Assembly (NCBI GenBank): GCA_965207735.1 | Contig: OZ242296.1 | Span: forward strand, 4,032,001 to 4,096,000 | From: Candidatus Versatilivorator sp. | GTDB lineage: Bacteria; Acidobacteriota; Terriglobia; Versatilivoradales; Versatilivoraceae | DNA length: 64,000 nt | Direction of reading: 5' to 3' | Part shown: piece by piece, positions 1 through 10,384 of the stretch | Layout of the letters: each line of letters opens with the position of its first letter | How positions within the stretch are numbered: the stretch's first letter is position 1 | The notes under the pieces: generated by a model | The model's input: only the letters and a program-made list of their open reading frames with translations | The model's database searches: none | Told to the model about the DNA's origin: nothing | Translations under genes and position numbers: made by a program

Positions 1-85
1 TCATGAGCAGGTTTTCCTGTGCCTGAAGCGGGACAACGGGCAGCAGAACAGCAAGCCAGAGGGTGGAAAGAGTGCCGCGTTTCAT
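1..85 (-). CDS. 5' part of a secreted protein running off the window; probably the TldE/PmbA-like partner of the adjacent TldD
   Basis: ATG at 85 preceded by AAGGAG. Translates MKRGTLSTLWLAVLLPVVPLQAQENLLM, a signal peptide. Lies directly downstream of tldD; partner identity is inferred from context. Confidence 0.55.
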   Translation of the reverse strand, partial: MKRGTLSTLWLAVLLPVVPLQAQENLLM

Positions 86-141
86 GGGATTGCTCCTTTA
101 GCCCGCATTTCTCACCGGGGACGTGATGCCGCCATGAAAGA

Positions 142-1830
142 TTAAGGCGACTCCCAGGGTGGGGGAAGGATCGGAAGTCGTTCCGGGGATTTCTCTTTCT
201 TCTGGACCTCGATCTGCGAAACCAGCACCGCCGGAGAGACGGCTGACACCGGCACCCCCCCGGACTCGGCTCCGCAGATGCCGTTAAAGGACTCGACCTG
301 ATCGTCCGCGGCCGTAATTTTGCTGAAGGAAGTAAGCGGCGTGCCGATCAGGTCCACCCCTCGGACCAGCTCCTCGCGCCCGTCGGCATAGATTCGGTAC
401 ACCATGGTCGGCAGCACGTTGAAGGCATTGGGTCTAACCCTGCCGGTCATGGTGAACCCGCCCTGGACGTCCTTGAAATAGAGTCCGAAGGGCTTGTCCT
501 CCCGCTTGAGATTTTCGATCAACATGGCCTTGAGCTCGTCGCGGGAGTGAGTCCGGTCCACCTCGACGAACAGGTTCGACTGGCGCGCCACCGCAGCCAG
601 GCCTGCCTGCTTTCGACCGTGCCCATTGGAGCGGGAAAATCCCTCGATAGGCGTCCGGGATATGAGGAAGTTCTTCAACACGCCCTTCTCGATGACAAGC
701 ACCCGGCGCGCCTTCACTCCCTCATTGTCGTAACGGTAGGCCCCGACCAGATCCATGGACTCCCTGCGCCGAACGGTGGGGTCGAAAATGACCGAAAAGG
801 TCTCCGGCAGCACCTTCTGATTCACCATCTTCTTGAAGGTCTGGCCCTCTTCTTCCCTTTTCTGGCGATGGCCTTCCACGCGATGGCCCAGAATTTCATG
901 GAAGAACACCCCGCTGGCCCGGCCGGAGAGAATGGCCGGGCCGGTATAGGGGTCCACCAACGGAGCCTCCCTCAGGGCTTTGAGATCGGCAATCATTTTC
1001 TCGACAGTCTGCAGGATCTCACTGTCGTCGGGGAGTCCCTCGGGAGTGAAGGAGAAGTAGGACTCGTAACGCGGCAGCTCCATCCCGTCCTCGGCCTTGG
1101 TGTAGGCCATGATCATCAGGCGGTAGTAGGATTGGGAGGTTCGAATCTCGCTGCCTTCGCTGTTCACGTACCAGCGAGTCTCCACGCTGGCCGACAGCGT
1201 GGCATTGGCCGAGTAGATGTAGCCGGAACCGGCAAAAGGAGCCGTGTACCGGCGCAGCTTCTCTTCCCAGGGAGATCGGTCGAAATCCAGAGGAAGCGCC
1301 TCCTCCAGCCACTTCTGGGCCGGTTCGGCCGAGAAGTCCCCGGCTTGATCCTCCTCTTCCACCTTGACCTGGACGTTGGTTTTGACCTTGGCCAACCGCT
1401 CGACGGCCGCCTTGTACTGCTGGTCGGTCCGGCGCCAGAGGATACTTCGAAGCGCCGCCGGATCTCCCAAGGGAGTCTGTTGATAGGCATACCGAGGGAA
1501 ATTGGCCGACCTGTCTCCCCGGATGGAGTGGGTGTTGTCCAGCTCGGGGCTGCCCACCCGGAGATCGACGTCGACTACGGCGCTCTCACCCTCTGAGCTC
1601 CCGATGATATTCCCGAACGAAGCTCTCACCGAATATCTCTGATTTCCGGTGACCTCGTAGCTGAGAAAGTAGAGCGGCGTCGGCTGTTTCGAGAATGTCT
1701 CGACCGAGCGTTGCAGCTCTTCCTTCATGGCATCCAGCACCGGAGTGGCGCCACGCACCGGATGGACAGCCAGGATCGAAGCCGCCACCAGCAGGGTTGG
1801 GAACAGGAGACCTCGGGGGAGTGATCTCAT
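142..1830 (-). CDS. TldD/PmbA family metallopeptidase with signal peptide
   Basis: HExxGH motif (FFHEILGHR), YDNEGV, GHGR..RQSNL and C-terminal CGAESG; hydrophobic N-terminus. Confidence 0.88.
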   Translation of the reverse strand: MRSLPRGLLFPTLLVAASILAVHPVRGATPVLDAMKEELQRSVETFSKQPTPLYFLSYEVTGNQRYSVRASFGNIIGSSEGESAVVDVDLRVGSPELDNTHSIRGDRSANFPRYAYQQTPLGDPAALRSILWRRTDQQYKAAVERLAKVKTNVQVKVEEEDQAGDFSAEPAQKWLEEALPLDFDRSPWEEKLRRYTAPFAGSGYIYSANATLSASVETRWYVNSEGSEIRTSQSYYRLMIMAYTKAEDGMELPRYESYFSFTPEGLPDDSEILQTVEKMIADLKALREAPLVDPYTGPAILSGRASGVFFHEILGHRVEGHRQKREEEGQTFKKMVNQKVLPETFSVIFDPTVRRRESMDLVGAYRYDNEGVKARRVLVIEKGVLKNFLISRTPIEGFSRSNGHGRKQAGLAAVARQSNLFVEVDRTHSRDELKAMLIENLKREDKPFGLYFKDVQGGFTMTGRVRPNAFNVLPTMVYRIYADGREELVRGVDLIGTPLTSFSKITAADDQVESFNGICGAESGGVPVSAVSPAVLVSQIEVQKKEKSPERLPILPPPWESP

Positions 1831-4356
1831 TCCGCACCTCTCGTCAAGAACGGACTACAGGTATTGACCGTGAAAGGGTTCTTAAAACCATTTTAACCGC
1901 AAAAATTGCCCACCGATCAAAATTCCGCCAGGGACAACCTCGCAAGCCGGGTGGGCGGGGGGAGCCGCCCCCATGAGGCGGACCCCCCGACAGATACAGC
2001 GACTGCCGGACCGCTCCCGTCAGCGCGGCTGATTCCAGTCGAGGTGTTTGCGCAGAAAGCGGAAGGTCCCTTCCCCGTGGATCTCGTGTTCTCCTTCGAA
2101 CCATTCGATCTCGGTGCGGCTGCCCAGGCCCAGTTCCCTGTAGAGACGCCTCACCTTGGCGTATTCGTGGGCGACCCACTCGTCCAGTCCCACGGCGTCC
2201 CGATGCCCGCGCTCCACCATGAAGGGGCGGGGGAAGGTCAGGTAGGCCATCTCGGCATAGTTGAAGCTCGTTCCCAAGCCGAACTCCGGCATTTCGTACT
2301 CTCCGGTGAACATGTAGCTGTTGGGCCACTCCACGGTCACGTTCTTCCATATCCACTGGTTGAAATCCCCGGAGCAGATGGAAAGGGCGTAGTCCTCCAG
2401 AACAGCCGGGACTCTCATGGCGGTCTTGCCGCCGTAGCTGAGGCCGTAGAAGCCGATCCGTTCCCCATCCACCCAGGGAAGGGTCTTCAGCCAATCCAGG
2501 ATGCGGCGGTGCTGGCCCACGATGAAGGAAAAGATGGAGAGCTTGAGGGGGTTGGCCTTGCGCTGCAGCACCCGGAAGCGGTCTCCTCCCCGGTAGGGGT
2601 TGTGGGGGGCGAAGACAACGAAGCCCTCCTCGGCCAGGCGGGAAGCAAAGGCCCGATAGTAGCGAAATCCGTCAACGTCGGTCCGAATCACGTCCTCGGG
2701 CAGCCCCTCCAGACCGTGCTGAGCCACCACCACCGGGCGGCGTTCCCCCGGCTGAAGATCCTTGGGGACCAGGAGAAGGCCCCAGGCAAAGACATCGGGC
2801 CAGACGTCGAGCACCACCTCGTACCCCGTCCACTTCCCGGTCTCCCTCCACCGGCGTGAACGCGGGTCGCCGGCAACCATGGGGTCCTCGATCTTGCCCA
2901 GGATCTCCTTCCAGAAGGTGGAGCGCCAGCGGGCCGAGTTGCGGGTGAAGGACTCGGCCGATTCCCGGTTGTCTCGCTTCAGATAGCGTTGGTCGCGGAT
3001 GCGGTCCGAGGTTCGCTGCAGGTCCTGAAGCGTCCTTTGGATACCGCCCACCAGGCGCCGCTGCTGCTCAGCCGCATCGGGAGGTCCCTTTCCCCTTCGC
3101 TTCGGCACCGCGCCCGAAACTGCCGCAACCACCGCACCCTCCGCCAGGGGTTCCAGCAACCCCTGCAGCGCCGCCTCCGACCCCGCGGAGACCAGTCCCG
3201 CACGCGGGTCCGGCGGGACCAGCTTGACCCGGCCCGCGGCCCCGGCGGGGAGGGCCGCCGCCCACTGCTTGAGCCGGTTGAACTCGGAGATCACCCTCTC
3301 GGCAGCGGGAGTTTCGATCCTGCCGGGCGCGGCCACGGACCTGCGGCCCTCCCCAGGGGGAGGCGGACCCTCCACCCGGGGGGCCCGCGAGTGCTCGACG
3401 ACCAGGGTGCGCGGCAGCACCAGGCTCCCGATCTCGGCGTCCCCGAACTCGGTCAGCAGGGCCCAGACGTTGCGGTAGATCGGTTCCTGCCAGACCCGCT
3501 CCCGAGCGGAAAAATAGCCGCTCACCAGGCAGGAATCGATTCTCGGATCCACCGCCGCGGCGTAGAGGGCGATCAGTCCCCCCTCGCCCTGCCCGGCCAG
3601 GCCAATCCCGGCTCCCGGCGAGGATCTCGACTCCAGCCAGTCCACCAGGGCCAGGACCTTCTGCACTTCGTATCCGATGGGGTGGCGTCCCAGGGGGTAG
3701 GCCATGCGGTAGAGCCACTCCCGGTGAGGCATGTTGGTCATGGCGCGCCCGGCGGGCTCGAGAGCCGGGTTGCCCGAAAACCGGCTGCCGCGGTCGACCA
3801 GGGCCGGCACGATCACCTGGCAGCCGGATTCCGCCAGACGAAGAGCGAATCTGTCCTCGGGCCGAACTCCCGGCTGCACTCCCACCAGTTGTTGCGGGGT
3901 GACGTCGGCATCCGGCAGCGCAATCACCTGGGCGATGGGAGGCCGGTTCCTGGGTCGCACCAGCAGTCCCTCGGCTGACAGGCCCGGCACCACGTCCCAA
4001 CGGACCCGCCAGACGGTCACCGAATCGCTTTGGGCCAGGGGCGCGCTTCCCTCGGCCGAGAGGAACTCCAGCCGGGGCGGGGACCTGCGGTCCACCGCTC
4101 CGATGATCTTGCGGAATCGCTCCCGGTTGGCCTCGATCGACCGGACGTAGTCGGATTCCGAGGAGAAATCTCTCTCCCAGAAAGCCGCTCGCCCCTCAGG
4201 CGCCGCTTTCAGTCGCCGCATCAGGAAACGGTCGATCCCGGCCACCATGCGAGCCGACAGGTCGCCCTCCCAAGTCAACTCGGCGGTGCCGGGAAGGCGC
4301 CCGGGTTGCTGAGCCGGCGCTGCCGAACCGGCCTGAACCAGAAAAACCAGTCCGAA

Positions 4357-5843
4357 GAGCCTTTTGCAAAATTCGCAGATAGCGGGAATTTTCACGTGGG
4401 GAAAGATCAAGGAGGGCAGGTGGAAGGAGGGGCAAGACCACTGTCTGTTGTATCATGAAGGTGTCTGAACCACATGATGAACGGAGGTGGAACTTGCCCC
4501 TTAGGGAAACCCTATCACGACACTGGTTCCGGTTTCAACGAGAGCTGTTTCCCCTGCTGGAGGAAGTTTTGGGGCCTCTGGGAGAGCGTTACCAGCGGCT
4601 GGTGCAGGTATTGGAGTTGGTGCGGGTGGAGGAGTTGCTGCCTTACAGTCGGGGCTGGCGTGGCCGGCCGCTGGAGGATCGGGCAGTGCTGGCGCGAGCC
4701 TATCTGGCGAAGTCGATGCTGGAGGTGGCGACCACGCGGGGATTGGTGGAGCGGCTGAGGAGTGAGGGGAGGCTGCGGCGGCTGTGCGGCTGGGAGAGGG
4801 CGTGGGAGGTACCGAGCGAGTCGACCTTCTCGCGGGCCTTTGCGGAATTCGCTGAGAGCGACCTGCCGGGGCGTTTGCACGAGGCATTGCTGGAGGAGAC
4901 GCTGAAGGGCCACTTGGCGGGGCATGTGTCGAGGGACTCGACGGCGATTGCGGGACGGGAAAAGCCAGCGGCCAAGGCTGCGCCGGAGGCCAAGCGGAAA
5001 CGCCGGCGGGGCCGGCCGCCGAAGGGCGAGCGACGGCCCAAGCGGTTGAGCCGGCTGGAGCGGCAGGGGTCGATGACGCTGGAGGAAATGTTGAAGGAGT
5101 TGCCCAAGGCCTGCGACATCGGCGTCAAGCGCAACGCCAAGGGGCATCAGGAGAGCTGGACCGGCTACAAGCTACACCTCGACGCCATTGACGGCGGGAT
5201 TCCGGTCAGTTGTCTGCTGACCTCGGCCTCGGTGCATGACTCTCAGGCAGCCATTCCGCTGGCGACGCTGACGGCAAGGCGGGTCGAGAGTCTCTACGAC
5301 TTGATGGACAGCGCCTACGATGCGCCGGAGATCCGGGCCTTCAGTGAGAAGCTGGGGCATGTGCCGATTATTGACGTCAACCCCCGCCGAAGAGCTACCT
5401 TGAAAGCCGAGCGGAAGCGGGAGGCACTGGCCCGGCGCTGTATCGGCCAAGTGACTCCCGAGGCGCGGCGCTACCGGGAACGCTCGACGGTGGAGCGGGT
5501 CAACGGACGGCTCAAGGAGGAGTTTGGCGGGAGGCAGGTGAGGGTTCGCGGCCCCGACAAGGTGAGGTGCCACCTGATGTTCGGCATTCTGGCCCTGACG
5601 GTGGATCAGTTGATGCGCCTGACGCTCTGAAGACCGGGTTGCCACCCCCAACCGCACAGCAGGTTCGCCCGCCTCAAGGCCGGGAGAGGGTAAGCTGTGC
5701 CTGCGTCCGGCGACCGCTGGCCATCCGGCCATCAGATTCGGGCTTTTTCCTTCAAAAGGGTCTTTGCAGCTGGGTAGTCACCGCCGGAACATCACTGTTG
5801 CCAGCCCAATGTCATGCCCGATTCCGAATTTTGCAAAAGGCTC
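4357..5843 (+). mobile_element. IS5/IS1182-like insertion sequence, copy 1 (1487 bp)
   Basis: 19-bp TIR GAGCCTTTTGCAAAATTCG / CGAATTTTGCAAAAGGCTC; 4-bp TSD CGAA; DDE transposase inside. Confidence 0.93.
4455..5630 (+). CDS. DDE transposase (DUF772-like N-terminus plus DDE_Tnp_1)
   Basis: PSESTFSRAF, SRDSTAI, GYKLHL, DSAYD and RSTVERVNGRLK motifs. Confidence 0.93.
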   Translation: MKVSEPHDERRWNLPLRETLSRHWFRFQRELFPLLEEVLGPLGERYQRLVQVLELVRVEELLPYSRGWRGRPLEDRAVLARAYLAKSMLEVATTRGLVERLRSEGRLRRLCGWERAWEVPSESTFSRAFAEFAESDLPGRLHEALLEETLKGHLAGHVSRDSTAIAGREKPAAKAAPEAKRKRRRGRPPKGERRPKRLSRLERQGSMTLEEMLKELPKACDIGVKRNAKGHQESWTGYKLHLDAIDGGIPVSCLLTSASVHDSQAAIPLATLTARRVESLYDLMDSAYDAPEIRAFSEKLGHVPIIDVNPRRRATLKAERKREALARRCIGQVTPEARRYRERSTVERVNGRLKEEFGGRQVRVRGPDKVRCHLMFGILALTVDQLMRLTL

Positions 5844-6010
5844 CGAATAGAAGAATTCTTGTTCTCATGGGCATCACCATTGTGTCCCGAAACGCAAACG
5901 CCTGCAATGAGAGTAGAATCTGTCCAAGCGTCACCTAATCTTGAACGGGCTGAAGGAGGAGGAGCATGAATACTGGACGAGGATCCATAGAACCGGCCAA
6001 TTCGGTCCGG

Positions 6011-7579
6011 ATGAAACTTGCGGCTTGCCTGGCCTTGGTCCTGGTCGCGGCCGGGTGCGGCGGGTCCGCGCCCGCCGGGTTGGAAGTCACGTTCTCCCAA
6101 CGCGTGCATCCGGTGCTGATCCGAAACGAGCACAATCCCCTGATGCGGCTGACGGTTGAATCCAAAGATCCGGGACTCAGCGTCCGATCCTTCACATTCA
6201 GGCTGAGTGGCACCGACGATCCCAGCGACATCGAGTCGCTCGAGTTGTTCTATTCGGGCGGCGGGGAGGATCTACAGATCGGGAACCCCTTCGGCGATCC
6301 CGCTGGCCCCGCCCCTGAACTGGCCTTCCAGGGCGACCGGGAACTCCCGCCGGGGAAACACGTCTTCCGGCTCTCCGTCCGGCTGAAGCCCGACGCCGAT
6401 CTGGGGCACCGGGTGGATGCGGTCTGCACCGCGGTGGAGACCTCGGCGGGGACTGTGAAACCCAAGGACACGACCCCCCAGGTCAGCAAACGCATCGGGG
6501 TGGCTCTGCGCAAACACATGGAAGAAGGGGTGCATACCTACCGCATCCCCGCTCTGGCCACCACTCCCAAGGGCACCCTGCTGTGCGTTTACGACATGCG
6601 GAGACGAAAGTCGCGCGATCTGCAGGAAGACATCGACGTCGGGCTGAGCCGCAGCACCGACGGCGGTCGGACCTGGGGGACCCAGCGGGTGATCATGGAC
6701 ATGGGGGAATGGGGTGGCCGGCCCCAGGAGGAAAACGGCATCGGCGACCCGGGCATCCTGGTCGATCCCAAGACCGGAGAGATCTTCGTCTTCGCCGTGT
6801 GGATGTGGGGAAAGCCCGGCAAGCACCAGTGGGTGGAGGACGGCTCCGAGCCCGGATACGACATCGCCAGGAGCGCCCAGTTCATGATGGCCCGCTCCAG
6901 GGACGACGGCTTGAGCTGGACCGAGCCCAAAAACCTCACCCGCACGCTGAAACAGCCGGAATGGTGGCTCTTCGCCCCGGCGCCCAATCAGGGGATCGCT
7001 CTTTCCGACGGCACCCTGGTCATGCCCACCCAGGGGCGCGACCGGACGGGATACCCCTTCGCCAACATCACCTACAGCCGCGATCACGGCGCCACCTGGA
7101 CCGTGAGCAACCACGCCTTCAGCGGCGGCAACGAGAGCCAGGCGGTCCAGCTCGGCGACGGGTCCATCATGCTGAACATGCGCAACGACAAGAAAGACCC
7201 CTACCGGGCCGTCTACGTGACCCGGGACCTGGGCCGGACCTGGGAACCGCATCCCACCGACCGCAAGGCGCTGGTGGAACCCAACTGCAACGGAAGCCTG
7301 TACCGGTTCGACTACCGCGATGAGGGAGAGACGAAGATACTGCTGCTGTTTGCCAATCCCAACTCGAAAGAGGGACGGCACCACCACACCCTGAAGCTCA
7401 GCTTCGACCAGGGCATGACCTGGCCGGAGGAGTACCAGATCCTGCTGGATGAAGGCCGCGGGCGGGGCTACCCCAGCATCAGCCGGGTGGACGACCGGCA
7501 CATTGGAATCGTGTACGAGGGAAGCCAGGCCGACCTGATCTTCGAGAAGCTGTCTCTGGAGGAGCTGCTGAAGCGGTAA
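6011..7579 (+). CDS. Exo-alpha-sialidase (GH33), predicted lipoprotein
   Basis: YRIP motif; Asp-boxes STDGGRTW, SRDDGLSW, SRDHGATW, SFDQGMTW; lipobox-like LVAAGC. Confidence 0.9.
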   Translation: MKLAACLALVLVAAGCGGSAPAGLEVTFSQRVHPVLIRNEHNPLMRLTVESKDPGLSVRSFTFRLSGTDDPSDIESLELFYSGGGEDLQIGNPFGDPAGPAPELAFQGDRELPPGKHVFRLSVRLKPDADLGHRVDAVCTAVETSAGTVKPKDTTPQVSKRIGVALRKHMEEGVHTYRIPALATTPKGTLLCVYDMRRRKSRDLQEDIDVGLSRSTDGGRTWGTQRVIMDMGEWGGRPQEENGIGDPGILVDPKTGEIFVFAVWMWGKPGKHQWVEDGSEPGYDIARSAQFMMARSRDDGLSWTEPKNLTRTLKQPEWWLFAPAPNQGIALSDGTLVMPTQGRDRTGYPFANITYSRDHGATWTVSNHAFSGGNESQAVQLGDGSIMLNMRNDKKDPYRAVYVTRDLGRTWEPHPTDRKALVEPNCNGSLYRFDYRDEGETKILLLFANPNSKEGRHHHTLKLSFDQGMTWPEEYQILLDEGRGRGYPSISRVDDRHIGIVYEGSQADLIFEKLSLEELLKR

Positions 7580-7634
7580 TCGGGAGGTAAACGCACCCGC
7601 GACTCTGATGCCGGGTAAGGTAAGTCCAGCCGTC

Positions 7635-8492
7635 TCAAGGCGAGGCGGCGACCACCCGGTTCTTCAGGACCCCGACTCCCTCGATCTCCACCGTGACCAC
7701 GTCCCCCGGCTGCATTCCCTTGGTGGTTCCTGGGGTACCGGTGAAGATGAGGTCCCCGGGCTCCAGGGTCACATACCTGCTGATGAAGCTGACGGTTTCG
7801 GATATCCCGTGAATCATGTCGGAGATGTGGGCCTGCTGGCGCACTTCCCCGTTCAGCTTGAGCACCATCTTCAGTTTGCTGTAGTCCACGCCCGAGAGAA
7901 TATAGGGGCCCGTCGGACTGAAGGTGTCGGCGGCCTTGGCCCGCCACCACTGCACGTCCCCCCTCTGCCAGGTCCGGGCGCTGATGTCGTTGCCGCAGGT
8001 AATTCCCAGAACATGGTCGAGAGCCGCCTCCTTGGAGACGTTCCTTGCCTGCTTGCCGATGACGACCACCACCTCGGCTTCGTAGTGAACCGGATCGGTG
8101 TCGGCGGGCTGGACGATCTCTCCGCCGTGGGCCAGCAGGGATGAAGGCAACTTGATGAAAGGCTGCGGATGGGGGCTCGGCTCGGCATCCTCATCGAGGT
8201 GGGACTTGTAGTTGCCCGCCAGCGCCAGCACCTTGGAGGGGGTTTTGCTGGGGACCAGAACCGTCACGTCGGCCAGAGCATGAGTGGTTTCGGTCTTGTC
8301 CCAGGTTCCGAAAAGGTCGCCCTTGAGCTCTCGCACCCGGTCTCCCTCCAGGATGCCGTAGGCTTCGCGATCACCCAGGCTGAAGCGAAGATATCGAGTC
8401 CCTCCGTCCTGTCGAGCTCCGGCCTGGCATGACTGCGCAAGTCCCACCCCGGCCAGCAACAGCAATACCGTCATCCGCTGCAAAATCATCAC
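7635..8492 (-). CDS. Fumarylacetoacetate hydrolase family protein with signal-peptide-like N-terminus
   Basis: HYEAEV, GNDISAR, KAADTF and LEPGDLIFTGTPG motifs. Confidence 0.9.
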   Translation of the reverse strand: MMILQRMTVLLLLAGVGLAQSCQAGARQDGGTRYLRFSLGDREAYGILEGDRVRELKGDLFGTWDKTETTHALADVTVLVPSKTPSKVLALAGNYKSHLDEDAEPSPHPQPFIKLPSSLLAHGGEIVQPADTDPVHYEAEVVVVIGKQARNVSKEAALDHVLGITCGNDISARTWQRGDVQWWRAKAADTFSPTGPYILSGVDYSKLKMVLKLNGEVRQQAHISDMIHGISETVSFISRYVTLEPGDLIFTGTPGTTKGMQPGDVVTVEIEGVGVLKNRVVAASP

Positions 8493-8577
8493 AACCCCCG
8501 TTAATTCAAAGTTTTCGTGAAAAGGGCGCCAGCATATCCCGGCCCTTACGGAACTGTCAACGTGGGCGGGAGGCAGA

Positions 8578-9375
8578 CTAGCCGGAGGGCTTCAAGGCGC
8601 GGTTGCTGCCCGTGGAGCTCTCGCCGCCGTCGGCGAAGAGGCAGGCGCCGGTGACGAAGGAGGACTCGTCGGAAGCCAGAAACAGGGCGCAGGCGGCGAT
8701 CTCCGCCGGCTCGGCGGGCCGCTTGAGCATGGTGGGCCGCCCGAATTCTTCCCTGAACTCCTCCAGGGTCTTGCCGGCATCGGCGGCGCGGCGCCGATGA
8801 AAAGGGGTCATGGTAGGCCCTGGACACAGGGCATTGACCCGGATGCCGTCCTCGGCATGGTCCCGGGCCATGGCGCGGGTCAGGCCGGTGACCGCCGCCT
8901 TGGTAGTATCGTACTGAACCGAGTGGTAGCTGGCGATGAAGGCGCTATTGGAGGCGATGTTGACTATGCTGCCCTTGCCGGAATGACGCAGCACCGGGAC
9001 CGCGGCTTGGGCGCAGAAGGCATACCCCTTGACGTTGACGCCCCAAATGGTGTCCCAGCTTTCCTCGCTGGCATCTTCCACGGTGTGGTAGAGACGGATG
9101 GCGGCGTTGTTAACCAGAATGTCCAGCCGCCCGAAGCGCTCGACGGTACGCCGAATGAAGCCTTCGGCCTCGGCCTGGCGGTCCAGCCGGGCTTCCACGA
9201 AGAAGGCCTCGCCTCCCCCCGCCCGTATTTGCTCAGCCACCTCGCGTCCGCGGGCTCGGTCCCGGTCGGCAAAGGCCACTCGCGCCCCCTCGGCCACAAA
9301 CAGCCGCACCGTGGCTTCGCCAATGCCCGAGGCGCCTCCGGTGACCGCCGCCACCTTGCCGTCCAGTCTTCCCAT
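8578..9375 (-). CDS. SDR family NAD(P)-dependent oxidoreductase
   Basis: TGGASGIG, NNAA and YxxxK (YDTTK). Start trimmed to MGRLDGKV. Confidence 0.92.
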   Translation of the reverse strand: MGRLDGKVAAVTGGASGIGEATVRLFVAEGARVAFADRDRARGREVAEQIRAGGGEAFFVEARLDRQAEAEGFIRRTVERFGRLDILVNNAAIRLYHTVEDASEESWDTIWGVNVKGYAFCAQAAVPVLRHSGKGSIVNIASNSAFIASYHSVQYDTTKAAVTGLTRAMARDHAEDGIRVNALCPGPTMTPFHRRRAADAGKTLEEFREEFGRPTMLKRPAEPAEIAACALFLASDESSFVTGACLFADGGESSTGSNRALKPSG

Positions 9376-9431
9376 CGGTCCCGTCCTTGGAATGCATCGG
9401 TGGACCCGGTCCGGAATGCCCGCCCGGCGGA

Positions 9432-9800
9432 TTAGCGCGACGCTTCTGCGGTGGGGAAATCCGCCGGCATGCAGATCTCGATCACCTCGAAGTCGTGGGA
9501 GAACTCCAGCACCTCGTGCTTGATTTTGGGAGGCTGGTACCAACTGTCGCCAGCCTCGAACCGGACCTCGCCGATATCCTCGAACTCGACCCGGGTCCAA
9601 CCGCGCAGGACGTAGTTCATCTGGAACTCGAGGTCGTGGGTGTGACGCCCGCCGGGTCCGCTGCAGGATTCCGTGGCCCGGATGCAGTGGGCAAGGACCT
9701 TGCCCTTGGTGGCCGCAACGATGCCGAGATCCCGATACTCAAAGTAGGAGCGGAGACCGGTCTTCCATTCCGCCGACTTGTGAAACGCCATGGTGGTCAT
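9432..9800 (-). CDS. Cupin domain protein
   Basis: HTHDLEFQMNYVLRG and GDSWYQPPKIKH cupin motifs; GGAGG upstream of ATG. Confidence 0.85.
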   Translation of the reverse strand: MTTMAFHKSAEWKTGLRSYFEYRDLGIVAATKGKVLAHCIRATESCSGPGGRHTHDLEFQMNYVLRGWTRVEFEDIGEVRFEAGDSWYQPPKIKHEVLEFSHDFEVIEICMPADFPTAEASR

Positions 9801-9996
9801 GCTGACTGATCCTCCCTGGATTGGACGAGATTGATTAAGGATAGGCAGGCATTCTAATCCGAACCCGACTCCCCGCCCCATCAAATTTCTTGAAAGGGTG
9901 GTTGGGAAAAGGAAAGGGAGGAGGTCAGACAAGCGCGCCGCCTGCCTTTCCGTGCGGATCATTCGAGGCAACACGTTTGCTGTCTGACGGTCAATG

Positions 9997-10117
9997 GCCA
10001 CAAGAGGCACAAAAAACACAAAAAAATCATCCGGTCGGCAAGACTCGAAATCAAGATACTCGTTTTGTGCCTTTTGTGCTTTTTGTGGTTTCTGTTGCCT
10101 CGTGTGCTTTTTGTGGT
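9997..10117. repeat. REP-like inverted repeat built from GCACAAAA trimers
   Basis: GCCACAAGAGGCACAAAAAACACAAAA (9997-10023) is inverted to TTTTGTGCCTTTTGTGCTTTTTGTGGT (10063-10089); a third degenerate copy runs to 10117. Confidence 0.7.
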
Positions 10118-10129
10118 GAATGCCGGAGC

Positions 10130-10191
10130 CTGCAGCACATCACCATTGCCGCCTCAGTGTCATTCCCGATTGCGAATTTTGCAAAAGGCTC
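10130..10191 (+). mobile_element. Solitary diverged right end of an IS related to the 1487-bp element
   Basis: ACATCACCATTGCC...CCGATTGCGAATTTTGCAAAAGGCTC resembles the last ~55 bp of the intact IS, including the full TIR. Confidence 0.8.
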
Positions 10192-10384
10192 ACTTTTGCC
10201 CTTCGTCCCCTTGTGAGGATTTCTTTTCTCGGACCCTTGCGGTAACGTCTCAATTGTTTCAGGCGACAGAATTGTTCGGGGTTGACGCATCTTGACTCCC
10301 CGGCGAGGTCATGAAATCCTTGCCACCTTCCAAGGCAATCGACCCGGGCGCAGGTTGCCCTGTCACCGCCCTGAGGTGAAACCC

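Larger units (their letters stand above)
2020..5868 (-). pseudogene. Secreted double alpha/beta-hydrolase (dienelactone hydrolase-like), interrupted in its signal peptide by IS copy 1
   Basis: GFYGLSYGG nucleophile elbow and C-terminal FEGEHEI. Removing the IS plus one CGAA restores MRTRILLFGLVFLVQAGSA... (785 aa, in frame). Confidence 0.82.
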
